Part shown: positions 38,513 through 48,803 of the stretch, in pieces
Position numbering within the stretch: the stretch's first letter is position 1
How the letters are laid out: the number at the start of each line of letters is the position of its first letter
IMG/VR virus record: IMGVR_UViG_3300007747_000009
Location: 32,001-96,000 of that record
DNA from: a virus
Taxonomy: Duplodnaviria > Caudoviricetes
Length of the DNA stretch: 64,000 nucleotides
Reading direction: 5' to 3' (one strand)
Notes under the pieces: generated by a model
Told to the model about the DNA's origin: nothing
The model's input: only the letters and a program-made list of their open reading frames with translations
Databases searched by the model: none
Position numbers and translations under genes: made by a program

Positions 38513-39027
38513 AAGATGATTATCTATTAAAAAAATATTATACTCTATTTAAGTTTCAAAAAGAGTTAATAGCCAATACGTGCAATTGTATTACAAACAT
38601 GAATCTCAAAAATGTTGATGATCCAAGTATGGAAATAGTAAAATGTGTTAATATCACACTTAATACTGATGATATTAAATTGATATTGATGGTGAGAATA
38701 CATTTAGATACTTCTGGTTATGGATTTCAACCACAATTTAACCAAATTGTTTTATATTTTCCATATAGACAGTTTCCAGAAGTAGCAGAATGCATTGATG
38801 TATTATTTTCGATTGAATTAGAAATTATAAAATTAAAATATGAAATAAAATCTAAGTACTTGTATCGTGAGTTTATAAACAACAAAAATGAAATTAAGAA
38901 AATAACTTCTATATATTTTAATGATCGTATTGAGTTTTGTTATCGAGAAGAACATCCATCAGCAGTCACACTTAGTATAAATTTAAAAGAGTATACACTA
39001 TATGATCCAACATCCCTTAATAAGTAA
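38506..39027 (+). CDS. hypothetical protein (second paralog family)
   Basis: EIKKITSIYFND. Confidence 0.7.
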   Translation: MVEDDYLLKKYYTLFKFQKELIANTCNCITNMNLKNVDDPSMEIVKCVNITLNTDDIKLILMVRIHLDTSGYGFQPQFNQIVLYFPYRQFPEVAECIDVLFSIELEIIKLKYEIKSKYLYREFINNKNEIKKITSIYFNDRIEFCYREEHPSAVTLSINLKEYTLYDPTSLNK

Positions 39028-39472
39028 ACATGATTCTCTATATTCATTTTATTCCTCGTACGTTAGTAACATTAATAAAGCAACACGAGAATATATAATG
39101 AAACATAATAAGTTTGATATTATTACTGTTTATGGTATTCAATGGAAAAATGATACATTGGTAGTGTATTGTAATATACCAGATCCTAAGATACCTAAAG
39201 CTAGACTAGTTCGTTATTTTGACATAAATGAATTCGATCAAAAATGCATTGACTACCATATGGATATATGTAAAAGTAAAATTGCAATATCAAAAGAATT
39301 GTCAAAATTAGAAGAAGAAATAACTCAAGAATTTGTAGGTAAAAAGTTGCAAGTAATAAGTACTGGTGAAATTAGAGTTATAACACGTATAGATTTTACA
39401 AATCAAATTCATTTTATAGTATATAATTCAGAGGTAGATCTAATTCCATCTGAATGTAATATGATTGATTAG
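39002..39472 (+). CDS. hypothetical protein (second paralog family)
   Basis: EIRVITRIDFTN. Confidence 0.7.
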   Translation: MIQHPLISKHDSLYSFYSSYVSNINKATREYIMKHNKFDIITVYGIQWKNDTLVVYCNIPDPKIPKARLVRYFDINEFDQKCIDYHMDICKSKIAISKELSKLEEEITQEFVGKKLQVISTGEIRVITRIDFTNQIHFIVYNSEVDLIPSECNMID

Positions 39473-39481
39473 GACTATTTT

Positions 39482-39742
39482 ATGAAAGATTTAGAACTAG
39501 AATTGTCACATTTAAAAATGTTACACCTATTATATCACACATATTCAAATGAACTAATGGAAAAATACCGTTCATGTACAAAATTTAAATGGAAAGAGTC
39601 GTCATATAACGATACCGATACATATTATGAAATTTTAGATTTTATAGTAGATGATGACGATGAAGAAATATATATTAGATATAAACACGGAAACCACACA
39701 TATTCAGTACTACTAAATGATGTTGATTTGTTTATAAAATAA
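39482..39742 (+). CDS. hypothetical protein
   Basis: AGGA RBS. Confidence 0.7.
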   Translation: MKDLELELSHLKMLHLLYHTYSNELMEKYRSCTKFKWKESSYNDTDTYYEILDFIVDDDDEEIYIRYKHGNHTYSVLLNDVDLFIK

Positions 39743-39755
39743 CAGAAGGTAATAA

Positions 39756-40091
39756 ATGATTAAATCAAGAAATGAGTTCGAAGAACTAATGGAAGAACTA
39801 AGCTATACTAACTTTATTAGTAATAGTTATAACAGAACAGAATTTGTTAATACAGTTGGATTTATTAATGATGTACTAAACAATATGTACTTCAATGAAA
39901 ATACAGAAAACCCAATGGACGATCCTGATATCATTGCTATGATGCAAGATTTACATGAAGGAGTTCACGTACCGGATGGAGATTACTTAATGGATAGTGT
40001 TGAATATCTATTGGTATCGTTACGAGAAGGTGATAAAATCAATGCATTCGGGAGTGAAGGTTGGGTCCAACTTCTAGGATGGTATGAATGA
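39756..40091 (+). CDS. hypothetical protein
   Basis: Clean ORF in the operon. Confidence 0.7.
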   Translation: MIKSRNEFEELMEELSYTNFISNSYNRTEFVNTVGFINDVLNNMYFNENTENPMDDPDIIAMMQDLHEGVHVPDGDYLMDSVEYLLVSLREGDKINAFGSEGWVQLLGWYE

Positions 40092-40315
40092 TTATAGTTG
40101 ACATTTTTTTCTGGTATGCTATTATTGCAGTTGTAATATGCATTTTTTCACTAATAAGTGAATTCTTGCATTCTGACCCTTCATACTCATTACTCAGTGT
40201 AGCTCTTATGGTTCTTTGTTCAATTAGTTGGCCTATTATTTTATGTTTCATTATATGGGACACTACATATAATGTGGGATCGTACCTATTACATAAAATG
40301 AGTAAAGTAAAATGA
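40088..40315 (+). CDS. small membrane protein
   Basis: Hydrophobic, with an SWP motif. Confidence 0.65.
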   Translation: MIIVDIFFWYAIIAVVICIFSLISEFLHSDPSYSLLSVALMVLCSISWPIILCFIIWDTTYNVGSYLLHKMSKVK

Positions 40316-40581
40316 GCATACTTACAATTATAGTACTAGTATGGGTTGTTGGATTTATTGGTGCAATTGGTGTAGTACTAAAAGATTATCAATCATACAA
40401 AAGAGATGTTTTACTAACAGAATTTTTAATAGACATGTTAATTGTATTAATAACATGGCCTTGTATCATTCACTATATAATTCAATATACATATAACGCC
40501 GTTATTAGTATATTTGGATTGAAGCCATATAAATTTAAAATCATAACAATTTTCAAATATAAAGGAAAAGATAATGAGTAA
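40312..40581 (+). CDS. small membrane protein
   Basis: Hydrophobic, with a TWP motif; likely a paralog of the previous gene. Confidence 0.65.
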   Translation: MSILTIIVLVWVVGFIGAIGVVLKDYQSYKRDVLLTEFLIDMLIVLITWPCIIHYIIQYTYNAVISIFGLKPYKFKIITIFKYKGKDNE

Positions 40582-40795
40582 GAAAGATATTGAACAAGAA
40601 GTTAAACTACGCATTGAAGAGATTGAAGTTAAACTAAAAGAACTAACTAAGATCGCGAATGCAAATGACATTGATTTTTCAATTAACTCACTTAATAAAG
40701 ATTTCTATTGTGAAAAATCAATCAGCGATGACGAATACTTGGAAGATTATGCAGGTCAAGGTGGTGCATGGTTGTCTAGTTCAGACTTCTGTTAA
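40574..40795 (+). CDS. hypothetical protein
   Basis: C-terminal WLSSSDFC. Confidence 0.7.
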   Translation: MSKKDIEQEVKLRIEEIEVKLKELTKIANANDIDFSINSLNKDFYCEKSISDDEYLEDYAGQGGAWLSSSDFC

Positions 40796-40804
40796 TACAA
40801 ATGA

Positions 40805-40824
40805 AAGGGGATTATAATCCCCTT
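40805..40824. other. perfect 20-bp palindrome
   Basis: AAGGGGATTATAATCCCCTT, with TATAAT near the centre. Confidence 0.75.
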
Positions 40825-40855
40825 ATTAATTTAAGTACTAAAAGGAGATTTCATA

Positions 40856-41746
40856 ATGTTAGCTATCGGTTCATATGCTTTAAAACAATACATCCCATCA
40901 CTAGTACCTTCCGATTTCGATTATATGTGTACTAATATGGATTTAGATGAACAAATTTTATATTTCAGTACCACAAAAGATTTCACTATCAATAAAAGAA
41001 CTTCTGATTATTGTCATATTACCAGTGACGGTAAAAATTACGAATACTACATTGCTCACAGTAATAATAGTACTCAGCAGTTAATGGAATATTGTAATGC
41101 AATGGACTATCATGATGTAATGGCTCCATTAAATGTACTTTATGCAATTAAGCTATCACATCGTTACCTAAGAAACAGTCCACACTTTATCAAGACCCGT
41201 ACACATATTCGGGACATGGAAGCGTTGGGTGCTAATATTTCTGATCCAGTTTTGCAGAAAATCCTTGACTTGCGTGAAAAGGAGACGTATAATTACGACC
41301 ACCCAGTACTTAACCAAGCAAAAGATACATTCTTTCAAGACGAAGTTGGATACATTTATGATCACGATACTATTCATGAAGCTATTGCGGTGAAAGATAA
41401 ACCTGCATATAAAAACTACATGAAAGATGGTGCGGATGTAATGGTAGACAAAGATAAGTTCTTTTCACTTCAAGAAGAAACGAAACTCCTAGGGGTATAT
41501 GAGGAAACTTGTGTACTTGCATTGGAGCGTTGTCTTATTCCATTTGAATCTAAAAACATTCGTCCTAAAGATGCGTTTATTGCTGCTCTCATAAAGGTCT
41601 GTACTAGTATTACTTCCGGTTGGTTCCGTGCCTATGCTTATGAAAACTTTTATGAAGTAATCCGCATGTATCGTAACTTAGGTGAAGACGATTTTGTACA
41701 AAAATATAAAAAGAATTTTCATATGGTTAAGCCATATAAGGAATAA
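40856..41746 (+). CDS. pol-beta-like nucleotidyltransferase-domain protein
   Basis: N-terminal IGSYAL...SDFD (GS/DxD); YDHDTIHE, EETCVLALER. Confidence 0.55.
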   Translation: MLAIGSYALKQYIPSLVPSDFDYMCTNMDLDEQILYFSTTKDFTINKRTSDYCHITSDGKNYEYYIAHSNNSTQQLMEYCNAMDYHDVMAPLNVLYAIKLSHRYLRNSPHFIKTRTHIRDMEALGANISDPVLQKILDLREKETYNYDHPVLNQAKDTFFQDEVGYIYDHDTIHEAIAVKDKPAYKNYMKDGADVMVDKDKFFSLQEETKLLGVYEETCVLALERCLIPFESKNIRPKDAFIAALIKVCTSITSGWFRAYAYENFYEVIRMYRNLGEDDFVQKYKKNFHMVKPYKE

Positions 41747-41749
41747 AAA

Positions 41750-42085
41750 ATGAAAGAACAAATAATTTATCACACTGATAGTGGTGAAGCATTTTATGAT
41801 ATAGATGAAGCCCAAATTCGTGAACAACTCGATGCATTGAGAGTTAAACAGCGGGAAATATTCAACGAAATTTGTGATATTCAGGAATTGTGTTCACACA
41901 ATCATATGACTATTGAGACAAAATCCGATACTGGAAACTATGATAGGTCAGATGACTGTTATTGGTTTAATGCAAATTGTCGGGCGTGTGGAAAGAGCTG
42001 GCGTGTTGATCAATCTGAAAACTCTTTAGTACGTGATCGTCATCGTAATAGTCATAAAGACCCGAGGATTATCATCAAAAAATGA
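41750..42085 (+). CDS. hypothetical protein, Cys/His motif
   Basis: CSH...CRACG. Confidence 0.7.
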   Translation: MKEQIIYHTDSGEAFYDIDEAQIREQLDALRVKQREIFNEICDIQELCSHNHMTIETKSDTGNYDRSDDCYWFNANCRACGKSWRVDQSENSLVRDRHRNSHKDPRIIIKK

Positions 42086-42759
42086 CCAGAGATGAATATG
42101 AAAAGATAATTATGGATCGCGAATCTGAAAAGAGAAAGTATGAAATGGATCTTTTGATGAATTATAACAAAACTATTCGCCCTCTTGATATTCAACGGAC
42201 TGATACACAGTGCCATATTCGTGATGCACAGTACAGTGAATCATATTCATTACTTCCACAATTAAATTTTGAGGTTAATAATCTAACCAATAAAATCTTG
42301 AATCTTGAAAAGGAAAATGATTCAGACTCTAAACAGAAAATTATAGATGACTTGGAAAATGAAATCTCTTCATTGAAAGCTAATGCTAGGATTGAATTGA
42401 ATCCGTGGGAATACCATACTTCTTCTATTATCAGCGATGAACAGGGGCTACAATCTTATCTACGTTCATATGGTATTAAAAAAGTAGAAACAATGAGATC
42501 GTATGGCCTAATTTCTTTATATATGTTGACCTCTAATTTTGATTATGAGTGTGGTGCTTATATACTGGAAAAGATTTCCCCATATTTGGGTCCAAGCAAT
42601 ACTGTGTTATATATTCCTGATAATGCAGCAGTTTCAAACATTCATTTAGAATATGTTCAAACCTTTGATTTATGGCGAGTTGTGATGGATAATTCTGATG
42701 TTCTAATGGAAGATAAACAATGTGACGAAGTACTTCAGTACTTTAATTTAATAAGGTAA
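42082..42759 (+). CDS. hypothetical coiled-coil protein
   Basis: Coupled ORF. Confidence 0.75.
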   Translation: MTRDEYEKIIMDRESEKRKYEMDLLMNYNKTIRPLDIQRTDTQCHIRDAQYSESYSLLPQLNFEVNNLTNKILNLEKENDSDSKQKIIDDLENEISSLKANARIELNPWEYHTSSIISDEQGLQSYLRSYGIKKVETMRSYGLISLYMLTSNFDYECGAYILEKISPYLGPSNTVLYIPDNAAVSNIHLEYVQTFDLWRVVMDNSDVLMEDKQCDEVLQYFNLIR

Positions 42760-42762
42760 TAT

Positions 42763-43506
42763 ATGAATCATTTTCAAAAAATAGTTGTTCCAGATGATAA
42801 AGAAATCTACTTCGTCGGTGATATTCATGGCAACGCAGATCTTTATGATAGGACTATAAAGGAATTCGGAATCAAAGATGAAGACTATGTTTTCAGTGTT
42901 GGTGATGTAATTGACCGTGGACCACGTAGTGCTAGAATGCTCTTTGAATTCCTTTTCAAGCCGAATCGATATATGATTATCGGCAACCACGAACATATGT
43001 TTGTAGAAGGTGAAGTACGCAGAGACTTCTATCACTGTCATATGCAAAATGGTGGCGATGTATTCCTTGATGAAGTGGGTGAAACTGGATTTCAGTACTT
43101 CAGACCTTTCGTATCACAGTTGCCATTAATTATGGAAATTCACCACAGGGGTTTGAAGATTGGTTTAGTACACGGTGGTGTACCTACTCGATATACTGAC
43201 TGGAATACATTTGTATCTGATGTTAAACCAATGACGTGGAATATAGTTGAGGAAATCATTTGGGATCGTAAAACCTTTGATGATTGCAAAGCTAACAATA
43301 CTCCTAATGCTCCTAAGCTTGGTGGTATTGATTATGTATTCTCTGGACATACTGGCGTTGTTGATCCTTTGGTGTACGGTAACCGTATGTGGATTGACAG
43401 TCAGTTCTTGAGTGGGGATTTAACTTTCAGTACTTTCAGTGGTAAGACTCCACGTCATTTCCGTAGAGAACGTGACCAATATAGTTTTGATAGATTCCAG
43501 AGGTAA
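42763..43506 (+). CDS. Ser/Thr protein phosphatase (lambda NinI/PphA-like metallophosphoesterase)
   Basis: GDIHG, GDVIDRG, GNHE, VHGG, GHT. Confidence 0.9.
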   Translation: MNHFQKIVVPDDKEIYFVGDIHGNADLYDRTIKEFGIKDEDYVFSVGDVIDRGPRSARMLFEFLFKPNRYMIIGNHEHMFVEGEVRRDFYHCHMQNGGDVFLDEVGETGFQYFRPFVSQLPLIMEIHHRGLKIGLVHGGVPTRYTDWNTFVSDVKPMTWNIVEEIIWDRKTFDDCKANNTPNAPKLGGIDYVFSGHTGVVDPLVYGNRMWIDSQFLSGDLTFSTFSGKTPRHFRRERDQYSFDRFQR

Positions 43507-43507
43507 T

Positions 43508-44110
43508 ATGTCAGAAGCTCAAGAAATATTTACAAGTACATTGATAAAGTGCGAACAATTACACCGCCTATCTATAGAAAATAAAAAATATGCATCTATG
43601 AAGATTATGGGTAGTAGCGTTACGGTTGATTTCACTGATGCTGATTATATTACTATTAATACACTATCTCATTTAAAAACTAAAGATTTAAAATTTGTGG
43701 AATTCTCAAGTGGTGATAGATGTTATGTTTCTACATTAGAAGGTGATGATCTGAAATTGCATAGAAAATACGGACTAGACACTTGGTCAGTATCATCCAA
43801 ATATATCGTATTCAAGGACAAACAAATGAAAGAATTAGTACACAATGATAATTGGGGCGGTGGTTCGTTTAATTTTACCAAAGATGAAGTACTTGGTAAA
43901 ACCATAGCTATTAAATCCCCCGAATCACAAGATGTAATTTATGGTTTCATTACGTCTGAATCTAGTCGTAATGGTAATGATGGTGGTCAAGGTGGGTCAT
44001 GGAAAAACGTTGATTACATATATCAATTAGAATCAGATAGTTTTGATCGTAACACTAAACTTTTAGACCTTCTTAACCGTGGATTTAAAGTATTTCTAAA
44101 GGGTGAATAA
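43508..44110 (+). CDS. hypothetical protein
   Basis: GAGG RBS before ATG 43508. Confidence 0.75.
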   Translation: MSEAQEIFTSTLIKCEQLHRLSIENKKYASMKIMGSSVTVDFTDADYITINTLSHLKTKDLKFVEFSSGDRCYVSTLEGDDLKLHRKYGLDTWSVSSKYIVFKDKQMKELVHNDNWGGGSFNFTKDEVLGKTIAIKSPESQDVIYGFITSESSRNGNDGGQGGSWKNVDYIYQLESDSFDRNTKLLDLLNRGFKVFLKGE

Positions 44111-44664
44111 TGAATCAGATTAATACTTACACATATCTAATAACTATGCCTGCTAAATTTAATTGGTACATGATTGATTGGGGTTCATTCGATGTAGATT
44201 TGTATAACAATCCAGATGGTGATAATGAAAAACAATTACTGTCTGCATTCTATAGCTTTTATGGTCCTGAACCGTTGGGTGATAAAACCCGCTTTTCTAC
44301 TATTCCAAAAATCTCAACTTTGATGCAAAAGTATAATTATACTATTGAGCACCATTACAATTTTTCAGTACTACCAGATGAAGTTAAGATGGAGTTGAAA
44401 ATTAACACTGAAGCAATGGGTCAACATCTTGAAACGTTTCTTGATGAAGTGCTAAATGAATATTTTTCTGCTGAATCAGGTTGCTCCGAATGGATTACTG
44501 AAGCTAAAATTAAAAAACATGGTTGGCAAAACTTCAATGTAAAATCCATTATAAAATGTACACATTTATATGAACGTTTACAAATCATGAATGATAAAGA
44601 TGGCTCTATTGTTGAAGTACTAGAATGTTCCAAATGTAAAGAACTATCTAAGAGAATTATATGA
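44110..44664 (+). CDS. hypothetical protein, C-terminal Zn motif
   Basis: CTH...CSKC. Confidence 0.7.
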   Translation: MNQINTYTYLITMPAKFNWYMIDWGSFDVDLYNNPDGDNEKQLLSAFYSFYGPEPLGDKTRFSTIPKISTLMQKYNYTIEHHYNFSVLPDEVKMELKINTEAMGQHLETFLDEVLNEYFSAESGCSEWITEAKIKKHGWQNFNVKSIIKCTHLYERLQIMNDKDGSIVEVLECSKCKELSKRII

Positions 44665-44963
44665 ATAATCAAGATATAATTACTATGTATATGAAAAAAG
44701 TTGAGGCGATTAATCAACTACTATTCTCAATGAATCAAATGAAATCTACTGAAACGACATTACTAGAACAAACTCTTAAAAATGCACAAGTTGAAGTGGA
44801 TGCATTAGGTGATACAGAGTATGGTTACCTTCATGGTAAAAAGTTCTATTTTATACATTTCATCACTGACAGTTTGGTTAAATTATCTACTAAACCAGAT
44901 GAGTTTTTCACTTTACATACAAATAGTATAATGGTAGACATCAACAATTTAAAATTTCTATAG
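44661..44963 (+). CDS. hypothetical protein
   Basis: Coupled ORF. Confidence 0.65.
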   Translation: MNNQDIITMYMKKVEAINQLLFSMNQMKSTETTLLEQTLKNAQVEVDALGDTEYGYLHGKKFYFIHFITDSLVKLSTKPDEFFTLHTNSIMVDINNLKFL

Positions 44964-44971
44964 GAATAAAA

Positions 44972-45457
44972 ATGAAATTATATTTATTAACAAATATGTA
45001 TTGCGGTGGTCAACATCCGGGAATCCAAGGAATTCACTCCGCTGTTCGACTACTTGGTAAGTATACCTTTGATGATCGAGACTTCCCAGAATTATCTAAA
45101 CAAGTTTTTGATTGGTACGAAGATCATGAAACAGTCGTACTACTCCAGAGCGGCATGGATCATGAAGGTTTAAAAACTGTAGTGGAATCACTTGATGCAC
45201 TAGAAAGTAATGTATCATTTAACAGATATAAAGATGATACCTATAATCCAGAATTTCCAATTATTCCATTTGCTGAATTTAAAGAACCGGGAATGAACTA
45301 TTCTATTTCGAGTGTTGCAGTACTATGTGATTCGGTTATGGTTAGTAATATGAGTAGTCTAAGGACAGGATTCATCACCGCTGATGATATGATTAATTAC
45401 TACGGTGATGTACTAGGAAATCTACTAATTAAGATGACTTATATGAGGACTGTATAA
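44972..45457 (+). CDS. peptidyl-tRNA hydrolase type 2-like protein
   Basis: GIQGIHSA...W...HETVVLL...FKEPGMNYSISSVA, a Pth2-like pattern. Confidence 0.6.
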   Translation: MKLYLLTNMYCGGQHPGIQGIHSAVRLLGKYTFDDRDFPELSKQVFDWYEDHETVVLLQSGMDHEGLKTVVESLDALESNVSFNRYKDDTYNPEFPIIPFAEFKEPGMNYSISSVAVLCDSVMVSNMSSLRTGFITADDMINYYGDVLGNLLIKMTYMRTV

Positions 45458-45684
45458 TGAAAGAAGTTATTGTCACTACCATAATGTATGAAACGGAAGA
45501 TGGTGAACGGTTTGAACGTGCAGAAGATGCAATTCATTACGAACTAATTAAATCTGGAGTTCGTCGTGTGTGTCCCGCATGTAAAGGACTTACGCATGTT
45601 CTAAGTAGTAATATGCTACAACGAGAACCATGTACCGAATGTAATAAAAAAGGTTATCAAGAAAAAGTAGAGGTGTGGAAATGA
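45457..45684 (+). CDS. small DnaJ-type Zn-finger protein
   Basis: CPACKG...CTECNKKG. Confidence 0.7.
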   Translation: MKEVIVTTIMYETEDGERFERAEDAIHYELIKSGVRRVCPACKGLTHVLSSNMLQREPCTECNKKGYQEKVEVWK

Positions 45685-46895
45685 AATTACCAGAAAAGTT
45701 TTATGTAACACGTAATTATAGAAGTACTGAAGAAGTACTCGGTTTTATGGTTGTAGCAGACGCCGAACATACTAAAAGTTTCCAAAAGAAAAAAGAAACT
45801 GCGGATCGTTGGGCACGTGGTAGTAAAGTTGATCCAATCTACATTGATAATATCCCTAAATTTGGATTTCAAATTGTTACCAACGTATCTCGATATAGTA
45901 CTTCGAATGTGGTTTGGAGAGTATTACACCCTGAAGGTTTTGAATTCGAAATTACTTCACATAACTTCTGTGATCTAATCCAGACCAGTACTGTTATTGA
46001 TGGAGCTATTCAGGAAGAATTATTCTTCACTGAAAATAAAATGTTAGTTAGTTCTAAGACTCGATTGTATGCAGATTTAATCAAGCAAGAAGAGAAGAAA
46101 GAACAACAAAAAGAGTTGATTTCTGCTTTTGTCCAAGGTGATAAATTCAAGTTCGAAGGTGAACTGGGCGTAAGTTATAAGTCAGAGTACTTGTACTGTG
46201 GTAGCTACCACATGTTGGTTATGAATAAAAACAAACCACTTTGTATTCCAGAAAAAAGCACCAAGAAAGAAGTTGTAATGAATCTAAGTACTGGAGAATT
46301 ACTAATCAGAACGAAGATTTCAGATCGTGAAATTGTAAAAACTGGATTCCAAGAAGTTGACCGTAACAAAGTAATTGAGAAATTGAATACTGAACATCGT
46401 GATTACACAAAGTCTTCTAAGTACCGTTCAGAACCATTGGATGATTATTATGTACTAGCATTGTGTGGTGATACAAAACCATTTAAACGCGATTCATGTA
46501 CTGTTAAATATGAAATGGTCGATACAAAAACCATCAACCGCTACATTGACAATTATTTCGCGTATGTAATAAATCGCAACGGTGATGTAATGCGTGTGTT
46601 CGGTGCGTGTACCGATTCAAAAAATTATTACGGTAATTCAAAACAGCAAATTGCGAATTTCGCTGGATGTGACAAGATTTTCACATACCCTGCTGAACTT
46701 CAAGAAAATGGGCAGTTACACATTCCTAATGTGGACTTAACGACGCACCAAGGATTTACTGGATATCGTAACAACACACCATTTAGAGGTATTGGTAATT
46801 ATAGTAATAGCTTTGGACATGCAGATCCAATGTCACTATCATTGGTTGATATCCCAGAAGGTATTATGCTAGGACGCTTACAACTTGGGAAGTAA
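45681..46895 (+). CDS. hypothetical protein
   Basis: 404-aa ORF; VLHPEGFEFEI. Confidence 0.8.
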   Translation: MKLPEKFYVTRNYRSTEEVLGFMVVADAEHTKSFQKKKETADRWARGSKVDPIYIDNIPKFGFQIVTNVSRYSTSNVVWRVLHPEGFEFEITSHNFCDLIQTSTVIDGAIQEELFFTENKMLVSSKTRLYADLIKQEEKKEQQKELISAFVQGDKFKFEGELGVSYKSEYLYCGSYHMLVMNKNKPLCIPEKSTKKEVVMNLSTGELLIRTKISDREIVKTGFQEVDRNKVIEKLNTEHRDYTKSSKYRSEPLDDYYVLALCGDTKPFKRDSCTVKYEMVDTKTINRYIDNYFAYVINRNGDVMRVFGACTDSKNYYGNSKQQIANFAGCDKIFTYPAELQENGQLHIPNVDLTTHQGFTGYRNNTPFRGIGNYSNSFGHADPMSLSLVDIPEGIMLGRLQLGK

Positions 46896-46924
46896 ATACT
46901 TCCCAAACACATCAAGGAAGATAT

Positions 46925-48349
46925 ATGAAAAATATTCTATCAATCTTAACAGAAATAAAAAATGATCCAAGTATTCTTGCTAAAAAACGAATCTTAGAAA
47001 CTAATAAAGATAATGAAGTACTAAAACGTGTACTCAAATTAGCGTTAGATCCGGGAATTGTTAGTGGCTATAAAAAGATACCAGCACCATTTATCAGTGG
47101 TGAGAAGTATGATTTGAATATTGCCCTAGACAAAATGGAAGATATCTACAATCGCGTATATACTGGGAATGATGGTCGTCTTCACATTTCACACGTATTG
47201 GGATCACTATCCCCAGATGATCAAGAAGTACTACGCAGAGTACTAACCAAAGATCTAGAGTGTGGTGCTAGTGATAAAATCACCAATGATGTATTTGGTA
47301 AAGGTTTTATCAAAGATGAACCATACATGCGTTGTTCTCTAATTGATACTAAAACCGTCAATAACATTGAATTCTCGAAGTACGGTTATGCGGTATCCGA
47401 AACCAAACTAGATGGTCAGTACTTAAATCATACAATCATCAATGGTTCATTGACATGTACCTCTAGAAATGGTAAGGTTTATGACTTCCTAGGAAGCCGT
47501 GACGAGCTTATGGCTAAATTGGCTGCTTCGGTACAGGCTAATGATGATCGCTTCTCTAGTGGCGTTGTATTCAACGGAGAGTGCCTTGTGATGGATGATT
47601 CAGGGCGGATCATGCCACGCGAGACTGGTAATGGTATTATTCAGAAAGCCGGTAAAGGAACAATGTCTGCATACGAATCAATGCGTATTGTATTTGTTCT
47701 ATGGGATGTACTTCCATATGATGCTTTCCGTGATGGTATTTGGAATGTAAAACGAAAAGAACGTCGTAATATTCTAGAAAGTGCAATTCAAGAAATAGAT
47801 TCTGAATTTATTCAAATGGTTGAGTACGAAAAAGTACTAAACATTGAAGAAGCATTTGAACATAACACGATGCTAATGGAGCGTGGTGAAGAAGGTTCAG
47901 TACTAAAATGTGAAAGTGGTATTTGGAAGTCTCATACTTCACCTAAGCAGTTGAAAATGAAACTAAAAATGCAATTAGATTTACGTATTGTTGGTTTCAA
48001 TGAAGGTGAGAAGAAACGTACTGGTATGCTTGGTTCATTGATTTTAGAATCTGAAGATGGATTATTGACTACAAACTGCGGTACAGGTATCAAAGAAAAG
48101 GGTGAAGAGTGGACATTCCAAACTATTTGGGACAACCGTGAAACACTACTTGGGAAAGTTGTTACTGTTGAATGTAATGAACTTACTAAAGATAAAAAGA
48201 CAAAAATACCAAAAGTATTCTTGCCCGTATTTGTCGAATTCCGTTTTGACAAAGAAACGTGTGATGATTATGAACGTATTTTGGAAATTAGAGCATCAGC
48301 CGTAGAAGTGTTTAGTAAAACAATTTCGGAGGCACTAAAAGGAAAATAA
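46925..48349 (+). CDS. ATP-dependent DNA ligase (T4 gp30-like)
   Basis: ETKLDGQY (motif I), SRNGK, FNGE, WD, EGSVLK, KMK, OB-fold GTG...FLPVF..FRFDK. Confidence 0.93.
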   Translation: MKNILSILTEIKNDPSILAKKRILETNKDNEVLKRVLKLALDPGIVSGYKKIPAPFISGEKYDLNIALDKMEDIYNRVYTGNDGRLHISHVLGSLSPDDQEVLRRVLTKDLECGASDKITNDVFGKGFIKDEPYMRCSLIDTKTVNNIEFSKYGYAVSETKLDGQYLNHTIINGSLTCTSRNGKVYDFLGSRDELMAKLAASVQANDDRFSSGVVFNGECLVMDDSGRIMPRETGNGIIQKAGKGTMSAYESMRIVFVLWDVLPYDAFRDGIWNVKRKERRNILESAIQEIDSEFIQMVEYEKVLNIEEAFEHNTMLMERGEEGSVLKCESGIWKSHTSPKQLKMKLKMQLDLRIVGFNEGEKKRTGMLGSLILESEDGLLTTNCGTGIKEKGEEWTFQTIWDNRETLLGKVVTVECNELTKDKKTKIPKVFLPVFVEFRFDKETCDDYERILEIRASAVEVFSKTISEALKGK

Positions 48350-48352
48350 GTA

Positions 48353-48802
48353 ATGGATAAACCTTCATTTTATTTGTACATTTTCAATCCATCGGTGAGA
48401 GTAGATAATGAATCATCTGATTTCGCACTAATGATCCCTACTTCTGAATTTGTATTTGGAGTTGACAAATATAATGTACCTTCAGGTATGAGTACGCGAA
48501 TAACATATTTGGCTAACAATATATATTCTTATAATATTGATACAAATACTTATACTACAATCAAATCCAGAGGTGGAATGAGTGTCCCAGACGAATTTCA
48601 TACAGATTTTTATAATATATATTCTGGTAATGATGTTCATATTTTTAACGACAGCATTGGTAGTGATAATCCAATTGATGATTTTTTGCACCATACTAAA
48701 AGTTTCTATGGGCATTGGGAGAAAAAAATAATGAAAGTTTCTCTTGACGGATTGGAACATCCTGAGATATACTTGTCTTCATTGTTTGATCAAGGTACAT
48801 AA
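48353..48802 (+). CDS. hypothetical protein
   Basis: Clean ORF. Confidence 0.7.
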   Translation: MDKPSFYLYIFNPSVRVDNESSDFALMIPTSEFVFGVDKYNVPSGMSTRITYLANNIYSYNIDTNTYTTIKSRGGMSVPDEFHTDFYNIYSGNDVHIFNDSIGSDNPIDDFLHHTKSFYGHWEKKIMKVSLDGLEHPEIYLSSLFDQGT

Positions 48803-48803
48803 A

